The notes: generated by a model from the sequence alone, not told the origin. Positions 23,313 to 32,000 are shown, counted from the stretch's first letter. The stretch is DNA of 32,000 nt from Telmatocola sphagniphila (GCF_018398935.1 NZ_CP074694.1:4710001-4742000); one strand, 5' to 3'. Translations and numbers: made by a program.

Positions 23313-23330
23313 ATCACATGGCCGTCACAT
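23313..23330. repeat. 18-bp direct repeat, copy 1 (ATCACATGGCCGTCACAT)
   Basis: 17/18 identical to 23421-23438. It sits directly upstream of the GTG at 23310 in the 135-bp spacer between the two islet genes. It contains two TCACAT half-sites 11 bp apart. Confidence 0.8.
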
Positions 23331-23420
23331 AAAGAATCGCCAGAGGCAACCCCGAAACCCTGGAAAAATCAGGGGTTCCGCACTCTCGCCCCGGCGTTTT
23401 CGCTGATTTCCAGCCCGGCG

Positions 23421-23438
23421 ATCACATGACCGTCACAT
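23421..23438. repeat. 18-bp direct repeat, copy 2 (ATCACATGACCGTCACAT)
   Basis: It starts 108 bp from the start of copy 1 and lies 8 bp from the TAG of the AlbA_2 gene. It contains the 9-bp palindrome TGACCGTCA. Confidence 0.8.
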
Positions 23439-23445
23439 GAACCGG

Positions 23446-24921
23446 CTAGGCCCAAAAGGGAAGGTACTGCATAAATCGCTTGCTCGTGTTCGGATCGTAT
23501 GCCTTGACCAAATTCGCATTGATCGTGTCTCGGATGATCCGAGACACGATGGCATAGTTCTGCGGCTCAACTCCCAGCCGTTCCCGAAGTGTTGTATTCG
23601 TCATCCGACTACCCGACACGAGGCAAAGACAGGCGTGCTGGTAGCAGGCCCGAATCCGCTCTTTCGAGTCCATGTCGTTCAGCCTGCGAGGAGCGTACAG
23701 CGTGGCTTTTGTGAACCCCGGCTGGGAAGTGGTGATCGCCGTGAAGTCGGGAGCCGGAAGTTGGAATGCTTCGATTGCGGCAACAACTTTGTCGATGCCC
23801 GTCCCAGCCTCCTCGCAAATCTTCATTCGCCGCATCACCGCCGCCAACGTCTCGTTGCGGGACTTCGGCGGCGTGTCGATAAAGCGTAGCGTGTCCACCA
23901 GCGGCTCGCCAGGGTTGGTGATTTCCATCCGACTGTCGAAAATTTCGACCATTGGCCCCGCCCCGGTCACGGAGAACTCCTGGTGGATCAGGCCGTTTGC
24001 CACCAACTCTCGAATGGCCTTTTCCGGGTAGACTCGCACTTCTTCACGGAAGGCTTGGCCGATGGGTTCGTTCTGCGGCAACTGAGAGTTGATGAACGCC
24101 ACTGCCGCCTCGAATGCAACGGCGTAACCCATCTGCGTTGGTGCGTCCCGCCATTCTCGCTCCATATCCGTCCGGCCATCGCCCCGATACTTGATGATCC
24201 GCAGAGCTTTCCGCCCCAGCCGCTCGAATTTGTTGAGGTCGGTAGCGAAAAGGATCGCTCCCAGGTTCGTGATGTCGAACCGACCGCCCGGTTTCGGCAC
24301 GATCAACCTTTCGTCCACCAGCTTCCCAAGAATGCCCTGCTGGTCGGTCGGGAGCGGGATTTGTAGCAGCTTAAAGCAGCGGTCGAAGTCGAGCAGCGTC
24401 AGCACGTCAGGCCCATCCACATCGAGCTTGGCGATGCCTGTCTCGAATGGCTTGCGGGCGAAGATCGCCCATAGCTCTCGCTCCTTCTCGGTGTACTCCC
24501 TCAATTTCTTGGTCAGGCTGCCGATGCGAACAAATTCCTCGCTGCCGAATCGCACCGGAGCTTGGCTGGCTCGTGGAATCTGGAACAGCACCATCGGTAC
24601 GCCCTGGTGCGACCACTCGTGTATCTGAAAGTTGACCTGCGGATGCTGCGACCGCATCAGCCAGTTTTCTAGTTCCTCGTTGCCCTTTTTACTCTGTCGG
24701 GGTCGAAAGGTCGTGCCAACCACCTTCTTCGAGCCGTTCTCCACTCCCCATACCATGTAGCCGAAGTCCCGTCCGTGGAGCGCCGCCGAGTTCGCCAGGG
24801 CGGAAATCCGTTCGGCGATCATTTCGGGATGGTCGTTGTTGTGCTTCCATTCCACCCACTCCGTCTCGGCGGGCAGCGAGAGAAGTTCGACCAGCAATGC
24901 GGAGAGTTGTGTCGGATTCAT
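23446..24921 (-). CDS. AlbA_2 (Schlafen-like 'divergent AAA') + HATPase_c_4 (RecG-C-terminal-like) + winged-helix protein; putative regulator or nucleic-acid-binding protein
   Basis: 491-aa ORF with a GGAGG Shine-Dalgarno 7 nt upstream of the ATG at 24921. N-terminal block ETEWVEWKHNNDHPEMIAERISALANSAALHGRDFGYMVWGVEN is AlbA_2-type. IRELVANGLIHQEFSVTGAGPMVEIFDSRMEITNPGEPL is HATPase_c_4-type. The C-terminal NTTLRERLGVEPQNYAIVSRIIRDTINANLVKAYDPNTSKRFMQYLPFWA is a wHTH tail typical of this architecture. Confidence 0.85.
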   Translation of the reverse strand: MNPTQLSALLVELLSLPAETEWVEWKHNNDHPEMIAERISALANSAALHGRDFGYMVWGVENGSKKVVGTTFRPRQSKKGNEELENWLMRSQHPQVNFQIHEWSHQGVPMVLFQIPRASQAPVRFGSEEFVRIGSLTKKLREYTEKERELWAIFARKPFETGIAKLDVDGPDVLTLLDFDRCFKLLQIPLPTDQQGILGKLVDERLIVPKPGGRFDITNLGAILFATDLNKFERLGRKALRIIKYRGDGRTDMEREWRDAPTQMGYAVAFEAAVAFINSQLPQNEPIGQAFREEVRVYPEKAIRELVANGLIHQEFSVTGAGPMVEIFDSRMEITNPGEPLVDTLRFIDTPPKSRNETLAAVMRRMKICEEAGTGIDKVVAAIEAFQLPAPDFTAITTSQPGFTKATLYAPRRLNDMDSKERIRACYQHACLCLVSGSRMTNTTLRERLGVEPQNYAIVSRIIRDTINANLVKAYDPNTSKRFMQYLPFWA

Positions 24922-24964
24922 TTTGCGGCCTCCGTTGCTTTACTTTGGCGGGCCGGTCGCCAAC

Positions 24965-25003
24965 AAAAAACTGACCAGCCTTCGATGCCAGAAGGGTGGT
25001 CAG
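24965..25003 (-). terminator. Strong Rho-independent terminator downstream of nuoD
   Basis: The minus strand reads ctgaccacccttc-tggcatc-gaaggctggtcag. This is a 13-bp stem with one C-C mismatch and a 7-nt loop, followed by ttttttg. It lies 136 nt downstream of the nuoD stop and only 43 nt upstream of the AlbA_2 ATG. Confidence 0.85.
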
Positions 25004-25028
25004 TTGATGCTACGATGTCGAGTTGGCG

Positions 25029-25065
25029 ATGCACCTTAAATGCACCGCATTCCATGAAATGCACC
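25029..25065. promoter_or_regulatory. Cluster of three ATGCACC direct repeats with an embedded 16-bp near-palindrome
   Basis: ATGCACC occurs at 25029-25035, 25040-25046 and 25059-25065; the last two copies read AAATGCACC. GCATTCCATGAAATGC (25047-25062) is palindromic at 14 of 16 positions. The cluster lies between the nuoD stop and its terminator. Function unknown. Confidence 0.4.
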
Positions 25066-25138
25066 CTATTTTGGGCAATTTCGAGGAATTTTCTATTTCC
25101 ACAAGTGATTGAAAAAAAATGACTTATGGAAATTCGTG

Positions 25139-26326
25139 TCACCGATCTATCTCCCCCATCACGATATCGGTGCTGCCGACAATGGCCGGGATGTCGGCCA
25201 GCAGAGATCCCCTGCATAACTCGCCGACCACGCTCAGATTGCACAGACTGGAAGAACGAGCCCGGACCCGCAGCGGTACGTTTTCTTTGTTCGGCCGGCC
25301 GACCACGTAGAAGCCCATCTGGCCTCGGGGGCATTCGGTTTCGAAATAACATTCCCCCGGAGTCAGTTGTCGCGGCGGTTCGATACGATGGCTGCCAGTG
25401 GCCGACGGATACTTTTCAATCGCCTGTTCGACAATCTTGATACTCTCGATCACTTCCCGCATTCGTACGTAGAAGCGGTGCCAGCAATCGCCGATCACGG
25501 CCTCCTCGGGGGCTTCCTCGAATGGGGGAAGTATCGCATCGAACTGATAATTTTCATAGCCGGAGTAGGGTTCGATCTTGCGGAGATCCCACGCCGTATC
25601 ACCATTGTGCCGGTTCAGAGACCCGCGCAGCATCGGCCCGGTACAGGCATAGCTGAGCGCCATTTCTTTCGACATGACACCAATACCGGCGGTGCGCTTC
25701 ACGAAGATATGATTGTTGGTCAGCATCGCATGATATTCGGGAATGCGCGGCTTGAAGTATTTCAAGAAGTTGGTGACTCGCTGCAGGAAATCCTCGGGCA
25801 AGTCATCGTGCACACCGCCGATCGTGATATAGCTGTAGGTCAGGCGGGCTCCGCAGACCCCTTCGAAGAGATCCAGAATGTGCTCCCGCTCCCGAAACGC
25901 GTACAAAAACGGGCTGAACGAACCCAGATCCAGGCCGTAGGCTCCCATACCCACGAGATGGCTGGCAATGCGATTCAACTCGCAGATCAGGACTCGAATG
26001 ACCTGGGCCTTTTCGGGAATTTTCATGCCGCAGAGTTTTTCGACGGTCAGCGCATAGCCCAGATTCATATTCATCCCGGCCAGGTAATCCATGCGGTCGG
26101 TATAAGGGATGAATTGAATGGGCGTCACATTTTCGCCGACCTTCTCAGCACAGCGATGCAGATAACCCAGGTGGGGCGTGACTTCGGAAACGATTTCGCC
26201 GTCTGTCTTTAACACCAGCCGCAACACGCCGTGGGTGCTGGGATGCTGGGGCCCCATATTCAGGAGCATTTCATCCGTTCGGACATCGAACTCGATGATG
26301 GTGGGATCGGTTTGCTCTGGCGGCAT
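25139..26326 (-). CDS. nuoD: NADH-quinone oxidoreductase subunit D (49-kDa subunit)
   Basis: 395-aa ORF with a GAGGAA Shine-Dalgarno 6 nt upstream of the ATG at 26326. Motifs MLLNMGPQHPSTHGVLRLVLKTDGE, HLGYLHRCAEK, RIASHLVGMGAYGLDLG and C-terminal STDIVMGEIDR. It lacks the CxxC pairs of [NiFe]-hydrogenase large subunits. Confidence 0.93.
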   Translation of the reverse strand: MPPEQTDPTIIEFDVRTDEMLLNMGPQHPSTHGVLRLVLKTDGEIVSEVTPHLGYLHRCAEKVGENVTPIQFIPYTDRMDYLAGMNMNLGYALTVEKLCGMKIPEKAQVIRVLICELNRIASHLVGMGAYGLDLGSFSPFLYAFREREHILDLFEGVCGARLTYSYITIGGVHDDLPEDFLQRVTNFLKYFKPRIPEYHAMLTNNHIFVKRTAGIGVMSKEMALSYACTGPMLRGSLNRHNGDTAWDLRKIEPYSGYENYQFDAILPPFEEAPEEAVIGDCWHRFYVRMREVIESIKIVEQAIEKYPSATGSHRIEPPRQLTPGECYFETECPRGQMGFYVVGRPNKENVPLRVRARSSSLCNLSVVGELCRGSLLADIPAIVGSTDIVMGEIDR

Positions 26327-26368
26327 GGAGAGTTCCTCGAAATCGATGCCCTTTATCTTATCCGAACT

Positions 26369-27778
26369 TCACGCAGTTACAGCGATGCGGCCATTTTCCA
26401 GTCGGAGATGATGCCTCATATTTCCCGGAATATCGGAAAGCACGTGACTGACGAAAATAATCGTCTGATCGGCGCGAACATGATTCTCCAGCCAGTCCTT
26501 GAGCAGTTCGACCCGCCGGGTATCCAATCCCTGAAAGGGCTCATCGAGGATCATGAGTTCCGGTTCTTTCACCAGAGCGCGCACCAGCAGAATCATGCGT
26601 TGCTCGCCCGTCGACATCTGCCGGAAGGGCCTTTTCTTGAGTTCATTCAGTTCGAAGTGCGCGAAGAGTTTATCGAGTCGTTTCTGCTGCTCCGGCGTCA
26701 ACTCGCGATGAACCAGGACGTCGTGGAAACCGGAACCCGCAGCATCGTAGCCGTCGAGCGGTTCGTTGAAGTAGAGGTGAAGCTCCGGGGATACGAAGCC
26801 GATGCGTTTTTTGATTTCCCAGATCGTCTCGCCGCTGCCGCGCTGCGAGCCAAAGAGACGAATGTTATTTCCGTAGGCCTGCGGATGATCGCCACAAAGA
26901 AGGCTCAGGAGAGTCGTTTTGCCCGAACCGTTGGGGCCGGAAAGAACCCAGTGTTCGCCGCGCCGGACCACCCAGGAAATGTTTTGCAAAATCGGTTTGC
27001 CGCCGTAGGTGACCCGAACGTTTTCACATTCGATGATCGGTTCGCCGGCTATCTCGGCGCTTGTTTCATGAGTTGCGATTTTCGAAACGGTCGTTGAGAT
27101 TGGTCCGAGTCGCCGTACATTGGTCACCCAATCGGGAATCTGGTCCGGTTTGGTGGTTACAACAAGGCGCTGACCCCGAGCCACCAGCGACTTCAGGAGC
27201 TGATCGAGTTCGGCGCGGGTTTGCACATCCAGACCGATGAAGGGTTCATCCAGCAGCAAAATTTCTGGCTTTCGGAGCAAGGCCCGGGCGAGGCGTGCCC
27301 TCCGCGTTTGGCCGTTGGAAAGTTTTACCAGGGTGAGAGGGAGCAAATTCTTGATGTGAAGTTCGTCGCAGACTGGTTCAAAATGAGCTTCCTCGAACGG
27401 GCTGCCGTTACGAAGATACTCCTCGAGAGTCGGTATATCGTCGGCATCGGCGAAATCGTAGCGCTGCTGGTAGTAATGCTTGCCGTAGCTGAACAGGCGG
27501 GATTCCTCTTTGAAGGAGACACGCTCCATAATCTCGGAAGGCCAGGCGACCGGGCGACCGGCCCGGCGGAGCACTTCCAGGATTGGCCAGTGAATCTGGC
27601 CCTCCGTTTGCCGGAGTTGGCCTAACAGGAGGTCCAGGAAAGTGGTTTTGCCGCTGCCAACGTCACCGGTAATGGCCCAGGTTTCCCCATCCTGCCAAAC
27701 CCAACTCAGGTCCTGAATTGCCACTTCATTGCCCATGCGAACGAAGCGTCCATTTTCAATTTCGATCAGCTTAGCCAT
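26369..27778 (-). CDS. Tandem-domain ABC ATPase without a membrane domain (ModF-like)
   Basis: 469-aa ORF. Domain 1 has GDVGSGKTT (Walker A), LSNGQ (signature) and ILLLDEP (Walker B). Domain 2 has GPNGSGKTT, MSTGEQ and LMILDEP. There are no TM segments. Confidence 0.88.
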   Translation of the reverse strand: MAKLIEIENGRFVRMGNEVAIQDLSWVWQDGETWAITGDVGSGKTTFLDLLLGQLRQTEGQIHWPILEVLRRAGRPVAWPSEIMERVSFKEESRLFSYGKHYYQQRYDFADADDIPTLEEYLRNGSPFEEAHFEPVCDELHIKNLLPLTLVKLSNGQTRRARLARALLRKPEILLLDEPFIGLDVQTRAELDQLLKSLVARGQRLVVTTKPDQIPDWVTNVRRLGPISTTVSKIATHETSAEIAGEPIIECENVRVTYGGKPILQNISWVVRRGEHWVLSGPNGSGKTTLLSLLCGDHPQAYGNNIRLFGSQRGSGETIWEIKKRIGFVSPELHLYFNEPLDGYDAAGSGFHDVLVHRELTPEQQKRLDKLFAHFELNELKKRPFRQMSTGEQRMILLVRALVKEPELMILDEPFQGLDTRRVELLKDWLENHVRADQTIIFVSHVLSDIPGNMRHHLRLENGRIAVTA

Positions 27779-27862
27779 GTGAAAATTTTACCCATTTTAT
27801 GCCGTCAACCAACTCAGAAAAAAGCTCATGATCGCCCCCTCTGCGGAACGATTTAGAGACAT

Positions 27863-28594
27863 ATGATTCGGAAGCCATGGTGGATTACTGGCATCCTTTT
27901 AGGTGCGGTTAGCTCCTTAGCTTCCCCTGCACTGGCCGATCCGCCACGTTTAATCAAATCCTCTTCCGAAAAAACCGTAACCATTCCGGTTAAGCTGCCC
28001 TGGCCCGTGGAGCTCTCCGCCATACCGGAAACCCACCGGGAAGCCGTCACAAAGGTCGTACAATCGCCCACGCTATCCGCCCTGGGGAGTTCCGAAGAGT
28101 TTCACAGCGATTTCAAATCGTATTTGTGGATGCTCGATCATCCCGAGCGGGTCACCCTCGCCTGGCGTCGGCTGGGGATCGCCGCCGTGGAGATTCGCAG
28201 GACAAAAGAGGGGAACTTCACCTGGTCGGATGGACAAGGCAGTGAACTGGTCTGGACTTGCGTGGCGTCGAACGACGAAGGTCGAATCTGGTATGCCGAA
28301 GGTAAAGCCCGAGCGGGTGCCCTGTGTCCGGTGGTTCCCGTGAAGGCGGTAGCCGTGCTTCGCCATAAGGCGATTCGCGATTCTCAGGGATTGTCCGGGG
28401 TTCGACACCAGACAGAAATCTTCCTGCAAACCGACAGCAAGGCCGCCGTGATTGTCACCCGTCTGTTGGGACCGGCGGCTCCCCGCTATGCGGAACAGGG
28501 CGCTGAGCAGGTTCTGCTCTTTTTCTCCGGCATTGCCGATTATCTGGCGAAACATCCTGAAAAGGGTCCGTCACTGCTGGCCGAGAAGAAATAA
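27863..28594 (+). CDS. Secreted hypothetical protein
   Basis: 243-aa ORF with ATG at 27863 and signal peptide MIRKPWWITGILLGAVSSLASPALA. I recognise no motif. Coding is supported by length, a sensible composition and tight packing between neighbours. Confidence 0.7.
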   Translation: MIRKPWWITGILLGAVSSLASPALADPPRLIKSSSEKTVTIPVKLPWPVELSAIPETHREAVTKVVQSPTLSALGSSEEFHSDFKSYLWMLDHPERVTLAWRRLGIAAVEIRRTKEGNFTWSDGQGSELVWTCVASNDEGRIWYAEGKARAGALCPVVPVKAVAVLRHKAIRDSQGLSGVRHQTEIFLQTDSKAAVIVTRLLGPAAPRYAEQGAEQVLLFFSGIADYLAKHPEKGPSLLAEKK

Positions 28595-28601
28595 GTCAGG
28601 C

Positions 28602-28613
<12 letters not shown>
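28583..28613. terminator. Perfect 11-bp inverted repeat spanning both stop codons of a convergent gene pair (possible bidirectional terminator or stabiliser)
   Basis: gagaagaaata (28583-28593) and tatttcttctc (28603-28613), with loop agtcaggcc. Each arm encodes the final Glu-Lys-Lys-stop of one gene. The stem is A/U-rich and there is no separate U-tract. Confidence 0.4.
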
Positions 28614-29966
<1,353 letters not shown>

Positions 29967-30009
29967 ATCGAATGATTCTCAGATGAGAAAAAGTTCAGCA
30001 CTCGCTCAA

Positions 30010-30513
30010 TCAGGAGGGATCGACGCGGAAGAGGACCTGATCGTATTCCACCGCACCGCCGTTTTGCACCAGGACTTCCACAATCGTGCCGTTGAGACCG
30101 GCGGTCAGATCGTTGAAGATCTTCATGGCTTCGACTTTGCAGACCACGGTGTCCTTGGTGACCTTCGAACCGACCTTCACGTAATCGTCTTTATCGGGAG
30201 CGGGCTTGGCGTAGTACGTGCCGACCATGGGACTCTTGATTTCCAAATACTTCTTGGTGTCGGCGGCGGGAGCGGGAGCCGCAGTCGGCCCACCGGCCGC
30301 GGGCTGAGGATACGACGCCGGTGCGGCCATCGGGACGGGCGCCGCAAGGGGAGCGGCCGCGACCAGCCGGGCACCGCGCCGAAGCCGGATGCGTTGATCT
30401 CCCTCGGAGAGATCGACTTCACTGAGATCGAAACGCTTCATCAACCGTACGAGTTGACGGATGGCATCCAGGTCGAATGGTCCTGTACCCGAGGTTTTGC
30501 TGTCATCGGCCAC
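30010..30513 (-). CDS. accB: Acetyl-CoA carboxylase biotin carboxyl carrier protein
   Basis: 167-aa ORF starting at GTG 30513, with GGGAGGG 6-7 nt upstream and no nearby ATG. It has an Ala/Pro-rich linker and a biotinyl-lysine motif, CKVEAMKIFNDL. Confidence 0.93.
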   Translation of the reverse strand: MADDSKTSGTGPFDLDAIRQLVRLMKRFDLSEVDLSEGDQRIRLRRGARLVAAAPLAAPVPMAAPASYPQPAAGGPTAAPAPAADTKKYLEIKSPMVGTYYAKPAPDKDDYVKVGSKVTKDTVVCKVEAMKIFNDLTAGLNGTIVEVLVQNGGAVEYDQVLFRVDPS

Positions 30514-30531
30514 GTGGGGCCCTCCCGTGAT

Positions 30532-31641
30532 TTATCCTTCAAAGAATGCCCAGTCCCGGGGCAAACTGCTGAGTCGTTCCGCTCCGTCGGGCGTGATCAG
30601 GAAGTCGTCTTCCATTCGCACCCCGGCGAATCCCTGGAGATAGACGCCGGGTTCCAGCGTCACCACCATATTTGCCTGAAGCACATCCTCGGAATTACTG
30701 CGAATCTGCGGTGCTTCGTGAATTTCCAAACCGAAACCGTGACCTAAGCCGTGGTTGAATTCCCGACTGTAGCCCTGCTCGGCCAGGTATCCGCGAGCGG
30801 CAATGTCCACCTCGCGAACGTGGACGCCCGGTCGTAGTTTCGCCGCGGCGCGAGCCTGCGCTTCGGATACCATTTTGTATAAATCATGTAAGCGATTTTC
30901 AATCATCCGATATCTGGCCGAGTTTGCATAGGGCGACTTGATAACCCTCGTCAGATCGCTCTTGTATCCTTCGTAGGAAGCTCCCCAATCCATCAGGAGA
31001 AAATCCGCTTCTTCCAATTTCTTCGAACTCGGCGGGCAGTGCGGCAAAGCCGAGCGTTCACCCACGCCGGCAATAATCTCGAAGGCGCTCTTGGTTCCCC
31101 CCGCCCAACGGATCGCGAATTCCATTCGATTCACCAGATCGAATTCCGAATCCTGGGGCTGAATGTGGTTCCGAAAGTTCGTAAACGCTTCCTCAGCTAT
31201 GCTTATAGCCCGTCGAATCGTCAGGATCTCGCTGGCATCCTTGATCGCCCGCAAAGATTCGATCCAGCCCGATCTGGGGACAAAAGTGGCCGTCGGGACC
31301 AATTCCTGAAATTTTTCGAGTCCGGCCACTGGCATATACGCCGCCTCGATGCCAATTTTGCGAACCCCCAGTTTACTGAGGACCTCGCCCAGTAATTGCG
31401 GCGTGGAACGGTCGTGTCCTCGAATTTGGACTTCCAGATGGGGGCACTCGTCCTGAATCTGGATGGCAAACCGATCATCACTCAGAAGGATCGCCCGGTC
31501 CCGAGTGACTAGTAAATAAGAAGAATCGCCGGTAAAGCCACTCAAGTAAGTGACATGATGGACAGCCGAAACGATATAAGCATCCAAGTCCGCTTGGATG
31601 ATCTCGGCGGTCAGTTTCTGCAAGCGAGATTCTGTACTCAT
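30532..31641 (-). CDS. M24-family Xaa-Pro aminopeptidase/dipeptidase
   Basis: 369-aa ORF with a creatinase/prolidase-type N-domain and a pita-bread domain. Metal-ligand contexts: LLMDWGASYEGYKSDLTRV, HGLGHGFGLEIHE, VVTLEPGVY and GVRMEDD. The peptidase / accB / accC order is a common bacterial arrangement. Confidence 0.9.
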   Translation of the reverse strand: MSTESRLQKLTAEIIQADLDAYIVSAVHHVTYLSGFTGDSSYLLVTRDRAILLSDDRFAIQIQDECPHLEVQIRGHDRSTPQLLGEVLSKLGVRKIGIEAAYMPVAGLEKFQELVPTATFVPRSGWIESLRAIKDASEILTIRRAISIAEEAFTNFRNHIQPQDSEFDLVNRMEFAIRWAGGTKSAFEIIAGVGERSALPHCPPSSKKLEEADFLLMDWGASYEGYKSDLTRVIKSPYANSARYRMIENRLHDLYKMVSEAQARAAAKLRPGVHVREVDIAARGYLAEQGYSREFNHGLGHGFGLEIHEAPQIRSNSEDVLQANMVVTLEPGVYLQGFAGVRMEDDFLITPDGAERLSSLPRDWAFFEG

Positions 31642-31751
31642 GCTCGGCTCCCATTTTTGAAATAGCTTACAAAATTCTCTTCCCCCTAGACCGGGTATGA
31701 GGCAAACTAGGTGAATTCCTTCCGCCTTGTCTCCTCGTCGGAGTTCGGTTC

Positions 31752-32000
31752 ATGGATCGTCGCGCTTTTGTGTTAACCTCCGCTTCCGCGCTCGCTTTAT
31801 CTGCCACTTCCTATGGGAAAATACTCGGCGCCAATGATCGCCTTCAGCTGGGGATTATGGGAATGGGCGGCCGGGGTAACGAGATGGCACCGGTCTGGGC
31901 CAAGCTGAATAACGTGGAGATCGCCTATTTTGCCGATCCCGATAAAGATCGACTGACGGCGGCGGGTGCCAAGTTTGAAAAAGCGACCAAGAAACCCGTT
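31752..32000 (+). CDS. Tat-signal Gfo/Idh/MocA-family oxidoreductase (N-terminal 83 codons; continues past the window)
   Basis: My own translation from the ATG at 31752: MDRRAFVLTSASALALSATSYG (twin-arginine signal), then LQLGIMGMGGRGNEMAPVWAKLNNVEIAYFADPD (Rossmann GxGxxG start typical of this family). Not in the track because it is edge-truncated. Confidence 0.8.
   Translation, partial: MDRRAFVLTSASALALSATSYGKILGANDRLQLGIMGMGGRGNEMAPVWAKLNNVEIAYFADPDKDRLTAAGAKFEKATKKPV

Noticed and set aside
21851-24964. Possibility that the two-gene islet is a mobile element or prophage remnant.
   Set aside because: I found no integrase, transposase or recombinase, no adjacent tRNA, no terminal inverted repeats and no flanking direct repeats. 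The only shared string I found at the edges is a 7-mer, ctttact, which is not significant. Mobility is therefore not supported, and only accessory status is hypothesised.
25139-26326. Possibility that the isolated NuoD-like gene is a group-4 [NiFe]-hydrogenase large subunit.
   Set aside because: The N-terminal RxCGxCxxxH and C-terminal DPCxxCxxR cysteine motifs are replaced by MGPQHPSTHG and DIVMGEIDR. This is the NuoD state.
25367-27097. Plus-strand ORFs 25367-26212 (281 aa) and 26231-27097 (288 aa) opposite nuoD and the ABC ATPase.
   Set aside because: The opposite strand encodes unmistakable NuoD and Walker A/B/signature motifs. The antisense translations are low-information and D/R/G/F-rich.

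Overview
The window is a moderately GC-rich chromosomal segment that looks like a Planctomycetota (Gemmatales-type) genome. This is inferred from gene content: very large secreted proteins, an N-terminal 'LETLEDR' motif, Tat-exported enzymes, and Gly/Pro-rich EF-hand proteins. I support 22 CDS plus one sub-threshold candidate ORF. Most are on the minus strand and both window edges cut a gene. I found no rRNA, tRNA, CRISPR array, integrase or transposase.

Content from left to right:
- Ankyrin-repeat membrane protein (partial).
- Secreted clan GH-A-like glycosidase.
- Small lipocalin-like secreted protein.
- A 1,552-aa vWA / coiled-coil / Gly-rich / DUF2135-like envelope protein followed by a clean intrinsic terminator.
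- Tat-signal intradiol dioxygenase.
- Secreted EF-hand Gly/Pro-rich protein.
- A GT4 / TylF-methyltransferase / YkgJ operon.
- A 1,394-aa S8 protease / RTX-like / FG-GAP protein.
- GH44 glycosidase with an N-terminal CBM-like domain.
- TIGR03790-like protein.
- Small multi-pass membrane protein.
- A two-gene accessory-looking islet: an uncharacterised 2-domain protein plus an AlbA_2/HATPase_c_4/wHTH protein.
- An isolated nuoD apparently co-transcribed with a ModF-like tandem ABC ATPase.
- A secreted hypothetical protein.
- The housekeeping M24-peptidase / accB / accC operon.
- A Tat-signal Gfo/Idh/MocA oxidoreductase (partial).

No single compelling new system is demonstrable from sequence alone. 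The observations most worth follow-up are:
- the module architecture and FG/Gly-rich linker of the giant vWA protein;
- the non-Sec 'LExLEDR' N-terminus of the S8/FG-GAP protein;
- the accessory islet, with paired 18-bp direct repeats between its genes and an in-frame TAG followed by 42 sense codons;
- the orphan nuoD, with its ABC-ATPase partner and a structured, repeat-bearing 3' region.

Several ORF-track starts are GTG or TTG extensions. I give ATG starts with a Shine-Dalgarno-like sequence where I could see one.
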